64,000 bases of DNA from NCBI GenBank assembly GCA_963845755.1, contig CAWJTV010000047.1:32001-96000 (forward strand), in the 5' to 3' direction. Position 1 is the first letter of the stretch; every line of letters begins with the position of its first letter. Origin of the DNA: an uncultured Planctomycetota bacterium (GTDB lineage: Bacteria; Planctomycetota; Planctomycetia; Isosphaerales; Isosphaeraceae). The position numbers and the translations under genes are program-made. The notes under the pieces were generated by a model. The model worked only from the letters and a program-made list of their open reading frames with translations. It had not been told where the DNA came from and searched no databases. Positions 1 through 12,430 of this stretch are shown in pieces.

Positions 1-456
1 TCACCGATTTCGAGCTTTCGGTCCGGAGCCGAAACTGCCTGCGGAAGATGAACATCCGCACGCTCGGCGACCTGACCCGCACCACCGAAGCCGCGCTGCC
101 TCTCGAGCAAGAACTTCGGCGAAACCTCCCTGGCCGAGATCAAGGAGATGATGCAAGCCAAGGGCTTGCGGTTGGGTATGGCCCTGGAGGGGAGCGAGCG
201 CGGCGCCGATCATCGGATCGAGCCGCCCCAGGAAGTCGCGCCGGAGATGCAGGCCATGATGGCCCGGCCGATCGGCGAGCTCAACCTGTCCGTTCGCGCC
301 CGGAAATGCATGAGCAAACTGAACATCCAGACCCTGGGCGACCTGCTCAAACACACCGGCGACGAGCTGCTGGAATGCAAGAACTTCGGCATCACCTCAT
401 TGAACGAGGTCCGAGACAAACTCACCTCGATGAACCTGAAGCTCAAGAATGACTGA
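1..456 (+). CDS. RNA polymerase alpha-subunit C-terminal-domain repeat protein (two tandem alpha-CTD-like domains), 5'-truncated by window, frameshift near 100
   Basis: Two copies of the alpha-CTD motif: ..DFELSVRSRNCLRKMNIRTLGDL..(S)KNFGETSLAEIKE and IGELNLSVRARKCMSKLNIQTLGDLL..CKNFGITSLNEVR. The tandem arrangement argues against rpoA itself. Confidence 0.85.
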
Positions 457-522
457 TCGAGTGGCCAGTCGCAAGCGGACGGTGGCTCGTGAAAGTCAAC
501 TGCCGCCTCGGACCATCAGCCG

Positions 523-1704
523 TTGATCCACCGGGTTCCAGGACACTGCCAATTGGCCATAGCCATCGACCACCCGGCTGGATCGACGACGCGGCGAGGG
601 ATCCGGTTCACGGCCACGGCCCATGATCCGGGCTCGTCCGCGCGCGTCGGCCTGCTAGAGACCCGGCACGGCGCGCTGGAGACTCCGGCGTTCATGCCGG
701 TCGGGACTCAGGCGACGGTCAAGGGGATAACGCCCGACCAGCTTCACGACACGGGGAGCCGCATGATTCTGGCCAATACGTTTCACCTGGCATTGCGGCC
801 GGGTGAGGACGTCGTTGCCTCGATCGGAGGACTTCATCAATTCATGGGCTGGGACGGTCCCATCCTGACCGACTCGGGCGGGTTCCAGGTCTTCAGCCTG
901 TCGGCCCGTAACCGGATCTCCGACGAAGGCGTCACCTTCCGGTCGCATATCGATGGACGACTGCTGGAACTCACCCCGGAGCGGGCCGTTCGGATCCAGG
1001 AGTTGCTCGGCGCGGACGTGGCGATGTGCCTCGACCACTGCCCGTCCCTGCCGTCCTCCCCGGCAACGATCGCCGAAGCCGTCTGCCGGACGATCGCATG
1101 GGCGAGGCGATGCAAGGAGGCCCACACTCGACCGGACCAGGCGCTCTTCGGGATCGTTCAGGGGGGTTCCCACGCGGATCTTCGCGCCGAATGTGCCGAG
1201 GCCCTGCTGGCCATGGAGTTTGACGGCTACGCCGTAGGCGGTGTCAGCGTGGGCGAGGGACGTGACGAAGTTCGCCAGGCACTGGACGTGACGACGCATC
1301 TGCTCCCGGCCGACCGTCCCCGCTACCTGATGGGAGTCGGCCGGCCGCAGGACATCCTCGACGCGGTGGCCACGGGGATCGACCTCTTTGACTGCGTCAT
1401 GCCGACGCGGAACGGCCGGAATGCAACCTGCTTCACGGATGCAGGTTGGGTGAAACTCCGCAATGCCGCGCACCGCTGCGACTCCCGGCCGATCGAGGAG
1501 TCGTGCGATTGCCTCGCCTGCCGCTCGTTCAGTCGGTCCTATCTGAGACATCTCTTCCTGGCGAAGGAGATGCTCGGTCCGATCCTGGCGTCCATTCATA
1601 ACCTGAGATACCTTCACCGGCTGACCCAGCGGATCCGCGAGGCGATCTCGGCAGGTCGATTTGTCCAGTTGCGTTTGGACGTTCTTGAAGCGTTAGGACC
1701 CTAG
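523..1704 (+). CDS. tgt: Queuine tRNA-ribosyltransferase (tRNA-guanine transglycosylase)
   Basis: [42 protein letters not shown], Zn-binding CDCLAC..H; start codon uncertain. Confidence 0.97.
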   Translation: MIHRVPGHCQLAIAIDHPAGSTTRRGIRFTATAHDPGSSARVGLLETRHGALETPAFMPVGTQATVKGITPDQLHDTGSRMILANTFHLALRPGEDVVASIGGLHQFMGWDGPILTDSGGFQVFSLSARNRISDEGVTFRSHIDGRLLELTPERAVRIQELLGADVAMCLDHCPSLPSSPATIAEAVCRTIAWARRCKEAHTRPDQALFGIVQGGSHADLRAECAEALLAMEFDGYAVGGVSVGEGRDEVRQALDVTTHLLPADRPRYLMGVGRPQDILDAVATGIDLFDCVMPTRNGRNATCFTDAGWVKLRNAAHRCDSRPIEESCDCLACRSFSRSYLRHLFLAKEMLGPILASIHNLRYLHRLTQRIREAISAGRFVQLRLDVLEALGP

Positions 1705-1811
1705 ACGTTAGAGTGCAAGAGCAGGGCCCGCCGGTTCGCACCGCGGCATCCCGGTCGAGGGTGAGTTGTTCGATCTTCCTGCAATCGTTCATGATCCGCC
1801 GATCAGTCCCG

Positions 1812-2174
1812 ATGGATTCCGTACCCATGTCCGCATTCCTCATCGACGTGCCGCTGGTCTTCGCCCAGGAGGCGTGGGGCAATACCTGGCTCCCGATCTA
1901 CCTGCTCGGGTTCTTCTTCCTGATCTACTTCATGATCCTCCGTCCCCAGAAGCAGCAGGACCAGAAGCGACGCGCGATGATCGACGCCATGAAGAAGAAC
2001 GACCGGGTCCTGACGACCGGGGGCATCTACGGCACGGTGATCTCGGTCGACGCGAGTCAGGATCGCGTGGTCTTGCGCGTGGACGATGAGAAGGGAGTCA
2101 AGCTCTCGTTCACGAGGGCGAGCGTGGCCCGGGTGATCGAGCCGACGCCCGACAAACCCGCTGAATCGACATAG
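1812..2174 (+). CDS. yajC: Preprotein translocase subunit YajC
   Basis: TM helix followed by YFMILRPQKQQ..MKKNDRVLTTGGIYGTV; tgt-yajC-secDF synteny; start uncertain. Confidence 0.93.
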   Translation: MDSVPMSAFLIDVPLVFAQEAWGNTWLPIYLLGFFFLIYFMILRPQKQQDQKRRAMIDAMKKNDRVLTTGGIYGTVISVDASQDRVVLRVDDEKGVKLSFTRASVARVIEPTPDKPAEST

Positions 2175-2258
2175 TGTTCGGCGAAGACAGGTCGACTCGG
2201 AAGTCTCTTACTGAGAGCTGAACACCGAAAACTAAGGGGCCCGGCAGGAGGGACGAGC

Positions 2259-5200
2259 ATGAAGAAAGATTTCTTGTGGCGGTTTGTCTTGATCGGGGGC
2301 TTTACCCTCGCCGGCTTGGCCGCCATCTGGCCACCCTCGCAGAAACTGAAGCTAGGCATCGACCTATCAGGCGGTACGATCCTGGTCTATGAGGTCGAAA
2401 GCGCAAACTTGCCGCCGGGCTTCAACATGGACGAGCTGGTCTCTGCGTCGAAGAAGCGCGCCGATCCCGAAGGGGTGAAGGAGATCCCGATCCGCAAGAT
2501 CGGCGGCACTCGCATCGAGATTATCCTACCGCAGGCGAGCAACGAGGAGGTTGAAGAAGTCAAGAAGATGCTGATCGACGTGGGTGCGCTGGAGTTTCGC
2601 ATCCTCGCCAATCGCAAGCACGACGAGGGGGTCATCGCGCGCGCCCTGGGTCCCGACGGGCTGTCCAAGCCGCCGTCGCGATACATGTGGGCACGACTCG
2701 GCGAGATCTCGACTGGCACGAACCCCACCATGACCGCCGAGACGCTGTCCGACCTTCAACAATCGTGGAAGAAGGACCTGTATGCCGGCACCGAGGTCGT
2801 CTTGAACGGCAAGGACTCGCTGGGGAACGAGTCGAGCGAAGCCGTCAAAGTTCGACGGAACACGACGAACACGTTGTATCTCGACAAGCCGCACCGGCTG
2901 AAGTCGGTGTCATCGTATCGGATCGAGTACAACCCCAGCCGGATCCGCGGGGGTGATCCCAGCCGTCCCGATCCCAGCGACGTGATCATCCGGGAGGACA
3001 AAGTCGGCCCGGGCCGGACGGAGACCCGGATCCTCTGCAACCTCGATCGTGAAGGCCAGGTGGTGACCGGCAAGTTCCTGCGGCAGGTCCGACCCGACTA
3101 CGACGATCGGCTCCAGCCTGCGGTCCGGTTCGAGTTCAACCGCGAGGGGCGCGCAAGTTCGGCACGCTCACCCGCCAGCACATCCCCGAGGAAGGGGACA
3201 AATTCAAGTATCAACTGGCGATTCTGCTCGACTCGCTGGTCATGTCCGCACCCGTGATCAACTCCGAGATTCGCGACTCTGGAATCATCGAAGGGGGACC
3301 GCAAGGCTTCAAGGCCAAGGAGGTCGAGCACCTGATCAACGTGCTCCGGGCGGGCAGCCTGCCGGCCAGCCTGAAACCGGACCCGCTCCAGGAAGAGAAG
3401 GTCGGTCCCACCCTCGGCGAGGACACGATCGCCAAGGGAATCCGCGCGATCTGGGTCTCGATGCTCGTCGTGCCCATCTTCATGCTGGTCTACTATCGGT
3501 TCGCCGGCCTGGTGGCGACCATCGCCCTGGTGGTGAACATGATCCTCCTCGTCGGGTCAATGGCTTTCATGCAAGCCACCTTCTCGTTGCCGGGACTGGC
3601 CGGACTGGCGCTGACGATCGGCATGGCCGTGGATGCCAACGTGCTGGTGTTCGAGCGAATGCGAGAGGAGAAGGAGCGCGGCGCCAGCCTGGCCCAGCAG
3701 ATTCGCAATGGTTTCAACCGGGCCTGGATCACGATCTTCGACTCGCACGTCACCAATTTCCTCGCCGCCGTCGTGCTCTACATGGTCGGGACCGAGGAAG
3801 TCAAGGGCTTCGCGCTGACCATGATGATCGGCATGGCCTGGAACCTATTCACGGCCGTCTTCATGTCGCGCGTCATCTTCGAGTTCTGCTACTCGAGGGG
3901 CTGGCTCAAGCAGGTGACGATGCTCAAGTTGATGGACAAGACGAACTTCGACTTCATCGGCCCTCGATATATCTGCATGGCCGGCTCGCTGATCTTGATC
4001 GTCCTGGGCCTCTTCGCCACCTACTGGCGCGGCATGTCGATGTTCAATATCGATTTCACCGGAGGGACGCTGGTCACGATCCGCCTGAACGCGAGCGATC
4101 CGAGCGTTCAGGCGCTCTGCCGGCTCCGAATCCAAGCTCGCAGAGATGGTCCGCCAGAAGGCGAGCAGCCTGCCCGACGTGACGGTCGAGAGCCTTCGGG
4201 TGAGCAAGGAACAGAACCAGCCACGGTTCAACATCCGCACGACCGATCAGAATACCGAGCATGTTAAGCAAATGATCCTCGATGCGTTCGGCCCGAGCCT
4301 GGCCCGGGTCGAGATGACCGCACGCGAGGGCAAGCCGATCACGGCGGCTGCCGCACCGCCATCGGGCGAAGCGGCCAAAACGGCCGCTGCGCCGACCACG
4401 CGTTTCGCGGGCGGACGCGAGTACCAGCTCGACTTTAACACCAAGGAGTTCAACAGTACGGAGTCCCCCGCGGACGTCGTTGCGGCCGAGTTCGTCAAGG
4501 TCCTCAAACAGGCCAATATCGCCAATCCGGAGACGCGCTTCGAGATCAAGCCCGCCCCGGCCATCGTCGAAACGGCCGAGTCCAAGAGCGTGGACACGGC
4601 CCCGGCCGCCACGCGGCTGATCCTCCGCACCGACCTCGAGCCGGACGGCGCCAAGGTGCAGATCGACAAGCTCAAGGACTCGCTGGCCAACAACCGCGAC
4701 CTCTTGTTCGAACGGATCGGGAACTTCGGCGGGACCGTCGCCGCCGAGACCCGGACGCTGGCGCTCTACGCCACCGTGGCGAGCTGGCTGATCATCATCG
4801 CCTATCTCTGGTGGCGATTCCACTCGTTCACTTATGGCTTCGCGGCGGTCCTCGCCGTGGTCCACGACGTCTTGATCACGCTCGGCGTCATCGCCGTCAG
4901 TTACTGGATGGCGATGATCCCCGGGCTGAGCACCTTGCTCCAGATCGACCAGTTCAAGATCGACCTGCCGATCGTCGCGGCTTTCCTCACGCTGATCGGT
5001 TTCTCCACCAACGATACGGTCGTGATCTTCGACCGAATCCGAGAGATCAAGGGCAAGACGCCGCACCTGACCAATAAGATGGTCAACGACGCGATCAACC
5101 AGACGCTCAGCCGGACGATCCTCACGTCGTTCACCGCGTGGGTGGTCGTGGTCATCCTCTACTTCTTCGGCGGTGAAGGTCTGCACGGCTTCGCCTTCGC

Positions 5201-5375
5201 CCTGGTTGTCGGATTCCTGAGCGGGACCTACAGCACGGTCTATATCGCGACGCCGATCCTGATCGACTTCGTGGCGACCAAGACTCCTCCGCCCACGGCC
5301 AAGTCCGGCAAGCAACTGGCCTCGGCGCAGGACGTGAACTTGCCCGCTTTCCGTGGTGGGGAACGGGAAGGCTGA
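2259..5375 (+). CDS. secDF: Protein translocase SecDF (fused), split by two frameshifts near 3155 and 4125
   Basis: LKLGIDLSGG; VGPTLGED..G; LPGLAGLALTIGMAVDANVLVFERMREE; NIDFTGG; LTLIGFSTNDTVVIFDRIRE..INQTLSRTILTS across ORFs 2259-3257, 3242-4267 and 4146-5375. Confidence 0.95.
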
Positions 5376-5420
5376 AGGCTGAGTCAACGCTGGCTGGGTC
5401 TGACTCAACCTTCAACCTTC
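5367..5420. terminator. Heptamer-based inverted repeat between convergent secDF and birA, probable bidirectional terminator
   Basis: gaaggctgaaggctgagtca ... tgactcaaccttcaaccttc, 20-bp arms with 2 mismatches. Confidence 0.55.
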
Positions 5421-5436
5421 AACCTTCTAGGGGAAA

Positions 5437-6309
5437 TCAGCGGAGGACCTGTCCGCCGAAGAGCCTGAGTCGTTCTCGACCGTCGTCGATGCAGAGGGCT
5501 CCATCCGCGTCGATCCCGCAGCCTCGTCCCGTCACGATCCGTCCGCCGACATCGACGTTTACCCAATGATCGCGGAGCAGGTCGAGTTGATTCCATCGAG
5601 ATGAAATTGACGGATTATTATTCACCAAGCATGTAAGAACTTTATTGAAATGTCGGAGGATAATTGACAGCGCCTGCGGGATGATCGACTCGTCGAGCGA
5701 CCGGTCGTGCATCGCGGCAAGGCCGATGGCCATCGTGCGGATGTCGGCCGGCGCGCCCTCGAACCGGGTCAATACGTTAAGTCCGACGCCGATCAGGAGA
5801 CGGTGACCGCCCTCGGTCTCGATCCGTTCGGGCAGGATGCCGCCGAGCTTCCGGCCGCGGACCTCGAGATCATTCGGCCATCGAATCCCTAGGGATGGCA
5901 AGCCGAAGCCCAGTCCCTCGAGCGCGTCGATGACGGCGACGGCTGTCGCCAGGGCCAGCTTTGGTTCCGATTCAACCCTCAGGCCGTGGGCGGTCGGATC
6001 GATCGCGAGGGTAAAGGTCAAGCTCCCCGCGTCCGACCACCACGAATGATCTCCGCGTCCGCGTCCGCGGGTCTGGCGCTTCGCCCAGACGGCCAACGGA
6101 AGCTCGACGTCCTCCTCGCGAACCAATCCCGCCGCGTGATCGCTGGTCGATTCAAGCTCGTCGTAGGTGAGGAGCGTCCTCACGAACGGACAGTCGTCGG
6201 TTCGACCCGCGCCGGCAGCACACATGAAGGAAACCCAGTTCGACTCGGGATCCACGTAAGGCGAGACTCGAACTCGCGGCGACAACGCAGCGAAGCACGC
6301 TTTACTCAC
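5437..6309 (-). CDS. birA: Biotin--[acetyl-CoA-carboxylase] ligase (no N-terminal HTH)
   Basis: ESTSD, QTRGRGRG..W, IRWPNDL..GRKLGGIL, IGVGLN, GIDADGAL; directly follows pyc; start uncertain. Confidence 0.93.
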   Translation of the reverse strand: MSKACFAALSPRVRVSPYVDPESNWVSFMCAAGAGRTDDCPFVRTLLTYDELESTSDHAAGLVREEDVELPLAVWAKRQTRGRGRGDHSWWSDAGSLTFTLAIDPTAHGLRVESEPKLALATAVAVIDALEGLGFGLPSLGIRWPNDLEVRGRKLGGILPERIETEGGHRLLIGVGLNVLTRFEGAPADIRTMAIGLAAMHDRSLDESIIPQALSIILRHFNKVLTCLVNNNPSISSRWNQLDLLRDHWVNVDVGGRIVTGRGCGIDADGALCIDDGRERLRLFGGQVLR

Positions 6310-9300
6310 CGCTCAACCGCAGCAGCAGTTCCCCGGTCTTGACCTGATGACCGACCACGGCGAGCACCTCGGCGACGCGTCCGGGACGTTCCGCATAGAT
6401 CGTCGTTTCCATCTTCATCGCTTCGATGGAGAGCAGTTTCTGGCCCTTGCGCACCGGGTCGCCGACCGAGACGGCCACGCCGACGACCAGTCCTGGCAGG
6501 GGGGCTCCGACCTGGTTGGGATCGGCGGGATCGGCCCTCGGCGTTTCGCGCACCGAGGAAGCCAGGGATCGATCGGCCACCTCGACCTCTCGCGGCTGGC
6601 CGTTGAGCTCGAAGAAGACTGTACACTTGCCATCCGCGTGCGGCTCGCCGATGGCGAGCAGCTTGACGATGAGCGTCTTTCCTGGCTCGATTTCGACCGG
6701 ATGCTCGACGCCGGGGTCTGGTCCGAAGAAGAAGATCGAGGTCGGCAGTATCGACGTGTCGGAATACGTCCGTTCGTGCGCGGCCAGATCGGGGAAGACG
6801 CGGGGATAGAGGAGGTAACTCGAAAGCGTCGCGCTCCTCCGCCGGTCGGCCGAGCAGCGAAGATGCCTTCTCTCGCGCCGCATCGATGTCGGCGGCCGGC
6901 AGGTTGGCACCCGGTCGATCGGTGAGCGGCGGACGCGCCCTTGAGCACCCGCGCCTGGAGGGCCGCGGGGAAGCCGCCCGGCGGCTGGCCGAGCCGTCCC
7001 TCGACGAACTCCACCACGCTCTCCGGAAACGCAAACTCGCGCTGCTCGTCGAAGATGTCCTCGGGCAGCAGGTTGTTCGCCACCAGGAATAGCGCCATGT
7101 CCCCCACGACCTTCGAGCTCGGCGTCACCTTGATGATGTCGCCGAACAGGAGATTGACCTGGGAATAAGCCGCGCAAACTTCAAGCCACCGCGCGGCCAA
7201 TCCGAGCGCCTTGGCCTGCTGGTAGAGGTTCGAGTACTGGCCGCCGGGCATCTCCAGATCGTACAGGTCGGCCGACGGAGAACGCGGGCCCGACTCGAAC
7301 GGTGCATAGAGGGTCCGGACCTCCTCCCAGTACCGGCTGATCGCGATGAGGGCCCTCGAATCGAGGCCCGACTCGCGAGGGGTGAATCGGAGCGACTCGA
7401 CCAGCGCGTTCAAGCTGGGCTGCGACGTCAGGCACGCCATGGATGCCACGGCGCCGTCGGCGATGTCCAGGCCGACGTCCGAGCCGCGCAGGACGCTCGC
7501 CGCCTGTGCGCCGCCGATGTCGTGCGTGTGGAAGTGGATCGGAACGCCGACCTCCTCGCGCAACGTCTTGATCAGGCGCTCCGCGGCCGCCGGCTTGCAG
7601 AGGCCGGCCATATCCTTGATCGCGATCAAGTTCGCCCCGCGCTTCTCCAGTTCCCTGGCCAGTCCGACGTAGTACGCCAGATTGTACTTGGGCCGTCCGG
7701 GATCGAGGATGTCGCCCGTATAACAGATCGCCGCTTCGCACAGGGCGCCGGCCTCGCGTACCGCATCCAGCGAGAGGGCCATGTTCGGCAGCCAGTTGAG
7801 CGAGTCGAAGACGCGGAACAAGTCGATCCCAGCGGCGGCCGCTTCCTTCACGAACGACTTGACGACGTTATCCGGATAGCTCGTGTAGCCCACCGCGTTC
7901 GAGCCGCGGAGCAACATCTGGAAGAGAATATTGGGGATCTTCTCGCGGAGCTGCACCAGGCGCTCCCACGGGTCCTCTTTCAGGAACCGCATGGCCGTAT
8001 CAAACGTCGCACCGCCCCACATCTCGATGGAGAACAAGCCCGGGCAGAGCCGGGCGTAAGCCTCGGCAATGCGGAGCATGTCGCGCGTCCGGACGCGGGT
8101 CGCCAGCAGCGACTGATGCGCATCGCGGAAGGTCGTGTCCGTGAGGAACAGCGGAGTCTGCTCGCGGACCCATCGCGAGAAGCCCTCCGCGCCCATCTCG
8201 AGGAACCGTTGACGCAAGCCCGGCGGTGGTCCGGCGAGGGGATCCAGCCGGGGAGGGACTGGTTCGGCCGGCGCGGTGTACCCTTCGGGCCGCGTGACGC
8301 CCGGGAAATCCGTTGATCGTGACCTCGGCCGCGTAACTCAGCAGCTTCGTGGCCCGATCCTGACGGACTGGGAACCGGAACAGCTCAGGTGTCTCGTCGA
8401 GGAACCGTGTCGTACAGTCGCCGGCCAGGAAGACCGGGTGCGTCACCACATTGAGCAGGAATGGCACGTTCGTCTTGACCCCGCGCACCCGGAATTCCTG
8501 GAGCGCCCGCTCCTGCCGGCGGGTGGCGTCGATGAATCGACGACCATATGAGCTGATCTTTACAAGGAGAGAATCATAGAAGGGTGTGATGATCGCACCG
8601 GTATTGGCCGGACCGCCATCCGTCCGGATCCCCATCCCGCCCACCGTGCGATAGTGCGTGATCCGCCCGTAGTCGGGCGTGAACCGATTCTCGGGATCCT
8701 CGGTCGTGACCCGGCATTGCAAGGCGAAGCCCTGGACTTGCACGGAGTCTTGGCCCGGCAGATCGATCTCGGGGTCCGAGAGCGGCTCGCCCCGGGCGAT
8801 CAAGACCTGGCTCTTGATCAAGTCGACGCCCGTGACGATCTCGGTGACGGTGTGCTCGACCTGGATGCGCGGGTTGACCTCGATGAAGTAGAAGGCGCCG
8901 GTGTCCACGTCGACCAGGAACTCGACGGTCCCCGCGTTGTCGTACCGGACGTGCCGGCCGATCCGGACAGCCGCCTCGCAGATCGCTTGCCGGATCGTCG
9001 CGTCGAGGTTGGGCGACGGTGCAATCTCGATGATCTTCTGATGTCGGCGCTGGATCGAGCAATCGCGTTCGTGGAGATGGACGAGATTGCCGTGGCGGTC
9101 GCCGAGGATCTGGACCTCGATATGCTTGGCACGGCGGAGGAATTTCTCGATGAACACGTCGGGCACGCCGAAGGCGGCGCCGGCCTCGCGGCGGGCCTGG
9201 TCGAGTGCCGCATCGAGCGCATCGGCCGCCTCGACGACCCGCATGCCCCGCCCGCCGCCGCCCATCGACGCCTTGACGATGACGGGGTACCCCAGTGACT

Positions 9301-9745
9301 GGGCCAGGGCGTGGGCCTCGGGACCGGGAAGCACCGGTGCATCGCTTCCCGACAGGACGGGGATGCCCGCCTCCCGGGCGAGCTTCCGCGCCGCCACCTT
9401 GTCTCCCAGGAGGTCGAGCAGCTCGGCGCGGGGCCCGACGAAGACGATCCCGGCCCGTCCGCAGGCCCGGGCGAACTCCGCGTTCTCCGAAAGGAAGCCA
9501 TAGCCCGGATGGATCGCGTTGACCGACTTCTCCTTGGCCAGCTTGACGATCGCCCCGACATTCAAGTAGCTCCGAATCGGCTCGCCGGGCTGGCCCACCT
9601 CGTACGCTTCATCGGCCTTGAGCCGATGCGTCGCGAATCGGTCCTCGTGCGAATAGATCGCCACCGTCCGGATGCCCAGCTCGTGCGCCGAGCGGAAAAC
9701 CCGGATCGCGATCTCGCCACGATTGGCTGCCATCAACTTGTTCAT
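6302..9745 (-). CDS. pyc: Pyruvate carboxylase, split by frameshifts near 8280, 6930 and 6825
   Basis: KLMAANRGEIAIRVFR, IHPGYGFLSEN, RDCSIQRRHQK, TDTTFRDAHQSLLATR, EMWGGATFD, IKDMAG, HFHTHD, KVTPSSKVVGD, biotin-attachment EAMKM. Confidence 0.96.
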
Positions 9746-9836
9746 TTCAGCCTTCAGTGTTGTAAAGTGCTCTGCGAGCACGGAATCTGCACCCCAGGAC
9801 CGATCGGTGCTCGCAGAGCACCCTACCGAGCACTGC

Positions 9837-10808
9837 TCAGAGTTCCTCCTCCTCGGCCTCGACCGGGTTTTCCAGGATCCCGATCGGCTCGATCGATGCG
9901 ACGACACGATCGCCGGGCTTGAGATAGGTCCCGGTGGCCGAGCCGACGCCCGAGGGTGTGCCGGTGGCGATCACGTCACCCGGCTGGAGCGTGAGCAGGT
10001 GCGACACGAACGACACGACCGCCGCGACCGGGAAGACCATTTCCGCAGTCGAGGCATCCTGCTTGACCTGCCCGCTGACGCTCAGTTTGATGGGGAGTGC
10101 CTGGGGATCCGGGACCATGTCGGCGGACAGGATGCACGGGCCCATCGGACAGAACGAGTCGTGCCACTTCCCGTGCATCCAGTCGAAGAACTTATCGCGC
10201 TCGCGCGGCTTGCGGTCGGGATTGGGCTTGTATGAGCGGTCACTGATGTCGTTGACGATCGTGTAGCCCGCAATGCAGCCCATCGCCTCGTCCTCATCGA
10301 CGTGCCGGCATCGTCGTCCCATGACGACGCCCAGCTCGCACTCCCAATCGATGTGGTCCGGCGAGACGCGCGGGATGATGATCGGATCGCCGGGGCGGGT
10401 CAGCGTGGTGCTGGGCGGTTTCATGAAGACATAGGGAAACGTCTCCTGGCGCTCGGCGACCGTACCGCCGCGCTCGGCGACGTGCTTCGCGTAGTTCCCC
10501 GCGAGCAGCAGCACCTTCGGCGGGTTGGCGATGGGGACCAGGAGTCGCACTTCCGACACGGGAATCAACAGCTCGTCCCGTCCCTCGTCGTCGAGCTTTT
10601 CCACCCAGAGAAACAGCTCTCGGGCGGCCTCGTAGGAGATCCCATCCGGCGGAAGCAGGTCGAGCGGGTCCTCGGTCGAAGGCAGGAGCAGCTCGATGTC
10701 GTTATCGCGACTGTAGGCTTCCGCCGCTTGGTCGATGGGGATCACGTAGGTGTCCATGTAGAATCCGGTCAAGACCATCTCATCGAATGCAAAACGACAG
10801 ACCCTCAT
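9837..10808 (-). CDS. Fumarylacetoacetate hydrolase family protein
   Basis: NYAKH, FMKPPST, DWECELGVVMG, GYTIVNDISDR, GKWHDSFCPMGP, LQPGDVIATGTPSGVG; GAGGAG RBS upstream. Confidence 0.93.
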   Translation of the reverse strand: MRVCRFAFDEMVLTGFYMDTYVIPIDQAAEAYSRDNDIELLLPSTEDPLDLLPPDGISYEAARELFLWVEKLDDEGRDELLIPVSEVRLLVPIANPPKVLLLAGNYAKHVAERGGTVAERQETFPYVFMKPPSTTLTRPGDPIIIPRVSPDHIDWECELGVVMGRRCRHVDEDEAMGCIAGYTIVNDISDRSYKPNPDRKPRERDKFFDWMHGKWHDSFCPMGPCILSADMVPDPQALPIKLSVSGQVKQDASTAEMVFPVAAVVSFVSHLLTLQPGDVIATGTPSGVGSATGTYLKPGDRVVASIEPIGILENPVEAEEEEL

Positions 10809-10819
10809 CGCGACGCTCC

Positions 10820-12317
10820 TCACTCCACTCGAGTTTCACCCGCCCGCCCCCCTGGTAAGGGAGGGTTGGAGCGGGAAGGCTGAAGGCTGAAGGCTGAAGG
10901 CGGAATCGGCGAGCCTCTATCCTGACATACCCGGCGGACCGCGTCGAGCAACTGCGGCTCCTGTTCCCGTGCGATCGTGCGCACGTCGAAGTGGACGAGT
11001 CCCTTCTGGACTCGTGCGATGACCGGAGGATCCCCTGCGCCGCAAGGCCCTCGCCCAGGCGGATGCCGACCCAGGACTCTGGTGAGTCGGAAATGGCGAG
11101 GAAACCGCGACGACCGCCGTCTGGATCGGCCGGACAGGTGAGCTACCGCCGCCGATGGACGACTCGGAGGTTGACGGCACGGCGTTCAGGCCCAACTGGT
11201 CGCGGAAGGCGGCCGCGAGTGCTTCGGCCCGCGCGGTCAAGACCGGTAGCGGAGTCACGATCATGGTCCAGAGCGGAATGCGCTCGACGGCGTGGTCGGG
11301 GTCCATCGCCAGTCGTAAGGTCGCCTCCAGCGCCGCCAGTGTCATCTTGTCGACGCGCAAGGCGCGCATCAAGGGGTCAACCTCGATCCGCCCGATCGCC
11401 TCGCGCGTCCCGACCATGATCCCGCACTGGGGACCGCCGAGCAACTTGTCCCCGGAGAAGAGCACGAGGTCGGCACCGACGGCGAGGCTTTCGGCAGCCG
11501 TCGGCTCGTCTTCGATCCCGGGAGGACAGCCTGGCCCGAGTGCTCCGGAGCCGATGTCGTCGATCGCCCAGATCCCATGGGCGTGCGCCAGTTGAACCAG
11601 GTCCGGGAGCGGGGCATCCTCGGTGAACCCGAGGATCCGGAAATTGCTGCGATGCACGCGCAGGATCGCGGCCGTCCCGGGGCCGATCGCCCGTCGGTAG
11701 TCCGAGAGCCGGGTCTTATTCGTGGTCCCGACCTCGCGGAGCCGGGCGCCCGAGACCTCGAAGATCTCGGGCAGTCGGAAGCTCCCGCCGATCTCGACGA
11801 GCTGGCCGCGCGAAACGATCACCTCGCGACCGTCGGCCAGCGCACGCAAGGCCATGACCGTCGCGCCGGCGTTGTTGTTCACGACCGTCGCCGCCTCGGC
11901 GCCGGTCAGCTCGCGCAGCAAGCCGGAAATCCCCGAGGTTCGCCGACCCCTCGTGCCGTCGTCGAGATCTAGCTCGAGGTTGCAGTAGCCCGATCCCGCC
12001 TCCGCCACCGCCGCTACTGCCTCCGCCGCCAGCGGCGCCCGTCCTAGCCCCGTATGGAGCAGTACACCCGTCGCGTTGATCACGGGACGAAGCAGCGCCC
12101 GCTCCTGCTCCAGGATCTCTCGGGATCGTCGCGCCACGCTGGTTAAATCGGACTCGATCGACCTCCCCTCACTCAAGCCCCTTCGAACGTCCTCCATCGC
12201 CCGACGCACCGCGCGGCGCACAGCAACACGGCCACGCACATGCGTGGGCTCGACCAGCAGCTCGTGATCCAGCACCGCATTGACCGGCGGCAACCTTCGA
12301 CGAGCATCATCCGCCAC
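10820..12317 (-). CDS. selA: L-seryl-tRNA(Sec) selenium transferase; frameshift near 11035, corrected frame ends at 10820
   Basis: RPVINATGVLLHTGLGRAPL, VNNNAGA, VSRGQLVEIGGSFRLP, EVGTTNKT, FSGDKLLGGPQCG, LRVDK; shifted frame continues DPPVIARVQKGLVHFDVRT. Confidence 0.95.
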
Positions 12318-12430
12318 GAATCACCACCTCCGGGAAGGGCGTCGTAGCAGCAGGTGGCAAGTGGCGAGCCACTTGCCACTCGCGACGCCACTCCGAGCCA
12401 TCTTAATGATCTCTAGCCGGCTCCACAAGT

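Noticed and set aside
1..456. rpoA
   Set aside because: Two tandem alpha-CTDs and no rplQ downstream; this is a paralogous CTD-repeat protein.
2259..5375. Separate secD/secF genes or programmed frameshifting
   Set aside because: Breaks fall mid-domain without slippery-site hallmarks and match the window-wide indel noise.
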